DNA of 63,413 nucleotides, filler included, from Pelomyxa schiedti (Eukaryota; Protista; Evosea), in the NCBI GenBank assembly GCA_020536535.1. It is 6 parts of 6 records of this genome, joined end to end, with 100 filler letters (N's around TTAATTAATTAA, not from the genome) between each part and the next. Parts side by side here need not be neighbours in the genome. Positions count along the whole stretch, not along the records: positions 60,005 to 63,413 come from JAHLWZ010001744.1; 5 more parts are not named here. One strand, given 5' to 3'. The notes beneath the pieces were generated by a model. The model did not search any database. It was not told the DNA's origin and saw only the letters and a program-made list of their open reading frames with translations. How positions within the stretch are numbered: position 1 is the first letter of the stretch; each line of letters opens with the position of its first letter. The translations under genes were made by a program, and so were the position numbers. Positions 62,947-63,413 of this stretch are shown here, piece after piece.

Positions 62947-63413
62947 TCATAACATGTCCCAAAGCTTGTTGGCTGTGGTAACAGCAGAAGTAGATGACCC
63001 AAGACTGAGCGGAACCGGCACTCCCTCCGGCGGGAGTATGACTGGAAGGTGGTTAAACCTCTCGGTAGCGTTGGTGGAAATACCTCCGGATATTTGGTCA
63101 TAAGGAGGAACCCATAGAACGTGAGTTAGCGCTCGGAGCAAGTTGAGTTTTTTCCTGTTGCATACTGGTTAGAATTTTGAACGAGATAACATAAATACTC
63201 ACTGCAACAATAGAAGGGTGAGCTCATGCTCTCGAGAAATCCTCGATTTTTGGGTGAGAAGTGAATCCTGGTGCTCCCTCTCGCGAGCTTGATGTATTTT
63301 TAACTTTCTGGGTATTACTGGAACTTAACCGAAAATGCTTTACATACATTGAGATAGCAGTCTTCTAACCGCTAAATCAAAGTATAATAGAAATCAACAT
63401 AACACCACCACAA
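62947..63413 (-). CDS. 3' end of an unidentified gene truncated by the window end
   Basis: Exon-like fragments (IHQAREREHQDSLLTQKSRISREHELTLLLL) with GT/AG boundaries; terminal frame uncertain. Confidence 0.3.

Overview
This window is not prokaryotic. It is gene-dense eukaryotic DNA with many short (mostly about 35-85 nt) GT-AG introns. It consists of six sequence blocks (1-14798, 14899-18156, 18257-19259, 19360-42518, 42619-59904, 60005-63413) joined by artificial 100-nt spacers (44 N + TTAATTAATTAA + 44 N). The gene families resemble those of the anaerobic archamoeba Pelomyxa (inference from pattern recognition, no search run). Recognisable genes: a TRIM-like RING/B-box/filamin/TLDc protein, a decayed TMC-like channel, a secreted serine beta-lactamase-like protein, a Sel1-repeat protein, a UBR N-recognin E3, kaptin (KPTN), ARF1, a degenerate Roco protein, and several lineage-expanded or frameshifted genes. 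The standout is a tail-to-tail pair of chimeric vWA genes. One is a bacterial-type VIT-vWA-TPR-DUF2135 protein with a complete ESCRT-III (Snf7) domain and a PH domain spliced into its middle (29578-35289). The other is an adenylate kinase-RING-vWA-Hint(Vint) fusion (38740-35415). No rRNA, tRNA, CRISPR array or transposase was recognised. Exon structures were read by eye, so gene boundaries are approximate.
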